A stretch of 5,085 nucleotides of DNA. Origin: Candidatus Jordarchaeales archaeon (GTDB lineage Archaea; Asgardarchaeota; Jordiarchaeia; Jordiarchaeales; Freyrarchaeaceae). Numbering within the stretch: the first letter of the stretch is position 1; every line of letters begins with the position of its first letter. The notes beneath the pieces were generated by a model. That model had not been told where the DNA came from, did no database searches, and saw only the letters and a program-made list of their open reading frames with translations. Location of the stretch: contig JAWAHN010000008.1 in the NCBI GenBank assembly GCA_038889235.1, positions 1 to 5,085 on the forward strand, read 5' to 3'. This document shows, one piece after another, positions 4,680 to 5,085 of this stretch. Both the position numbers and the translations under genes were made by a program.

Positions 4680-4852
4680 TGGAGACGTATAGATCAAACG
4701 AAGTGACGGTGGCCGTAAGCTCGAAGCCAACGGTAATGGAGGAGAGGGAAGGAGCTGACGTTCTAACAATGCTTTTCGAGTACATACCTTTGATCCTAGG
4801 AGTGGCCGTGCTGGTAACGGTTCTGGGCATGTTGAGGAGGGGCAGGGACTAG
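4679..4852 (+). CDS. 57-aa single-pass membrane protein with N-terminal SNEV strand (METYRSNEVTVAV...YIPLILGVAVLVTVLGMLRRGRD)
   Basis: GTG overlaps the upstream TAG (TAGTG), AGGAG at 4664-4668; 18-residue hydrophobic helix followed by RRGR; the ORF-track start at 4619 is probably too early. Confidence 0.75.
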   Translation: METYRSNEVTVAVSSKPTVMEEREGADVLTMLFEYIPLILGVAVLVTVLGMLRRGRD

Positions 4853-4896
4853 CTCGTTTCCCCCCTCCCAAACTCGCAAAACCTTATGGTACGCTT

Positions 4897-4921
4897 CATA
4901 AACCCAATTGAGGGGTTTATG
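4897..4921. repeat. Inverted repeat CATAAACCC-AATTGAG-GGGTTTATG
   Basis: Perfect 9-bp arms, 7-nt loop; related in sequence to 4185-4204. Confidence 0.8.
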
Positions 4922-4934
4922 GAGGGGTGATTGT

Positions 4935-5085
4935 ATGAAGAAGTGCTTCAAGTGCGGTAAGGAAATGCGCTTTAAGGTGAGGAACGTTTACTTTGACGTA
5001 GAGCACGAAGAGTTTCGTGCATACGAAGTCTACGAATGCCAATGTGGTTTTGAGCTTGTACGTGAGCTTGGTCGCGTAAGCCCCT
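4935..5085 (+). CDS. Zinc-ribbon protein (YgiT/MqsA-finger-like), 3' end beyond the window
   Basis: Manual translation MKKCFKCGKEMRFKVRNVYFDVEHEEFRAYEVYECQCGFELVRELGRVSP...; C-x2-C-x27-C-x-C; SD GGAGGGGTGA at 4921-4930. Confidence 0.8.
   Translation, partial: MKKCFKCGKEMRFKVRNVYFDVEHEEFRAYEVYECQCGFELVRELGRVSP

Noticed and set aside
4660-4685. Frameshifted or pseudogenised single Ig-TM gene
   Set aside because: One added base would fuse the two ORFs, so it is not excluded. However, both ORFs start with the same motif in register, the GTG overlaps the TAG with an SD, there is no X-XXY-YYZ slippery site, and no Ig sequence lies upstream of 4353.
4139-4871. ORFs 4139-4339 (or 4202-4339), 4261-4455, 4223-4465, 4443-4871, 4609-4830
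   Set aside because: Overlap supported genes or terminators, have atypical codons and no SD or motif. 4202-4339 (45 aa, hydrophobic start) is not fully excluded.

Overview
This window looks like part of a virus or provirus of a (hyper)thermophilic archaeon. The evidence is GGAGGTG(A) Shine-Dalgarno motifs, TTTA(A/T)A boxes, pyrimidine/oligo-T terminators, frequent TTG/GTG starts, AGG/ATA/CTA codons, and dense tiny ORFs including RHH and C2H2 proteins. No capsid, ATPase, polymerase or integrase hallmark gene is present, so viral origin is an inference. Layout: (i) a leftward operon (2782->456) ending in a 325-aa three-module protein with a JAB/MPN-like domain, followed by two tiny basic 2-Cys genes and a truncated acidic ORF; (ii) a central control region with divergent promoters, 10-bp operator-like repeats, a 38-aa coiled-coil gene missed by the ORF track, a G4-capable tract and a ~77% AT repeat-rich stretch; (iii) rightward Zn-finger and RHH genes; (iv) a two-gene cassette (4353-4852) flanked by related hairpins. 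The cassette is the best candidate for an undescribed system. It encodes an Ig-like subunit lacking its last strand and a small membrane anchor, and both begin with the same motif, MxxYxSNEVx(I/V)xV. This fits a donor-strand-complemented fibre with a membrane terminator. All family assignments are by-eye motif recognition; no searches were run.
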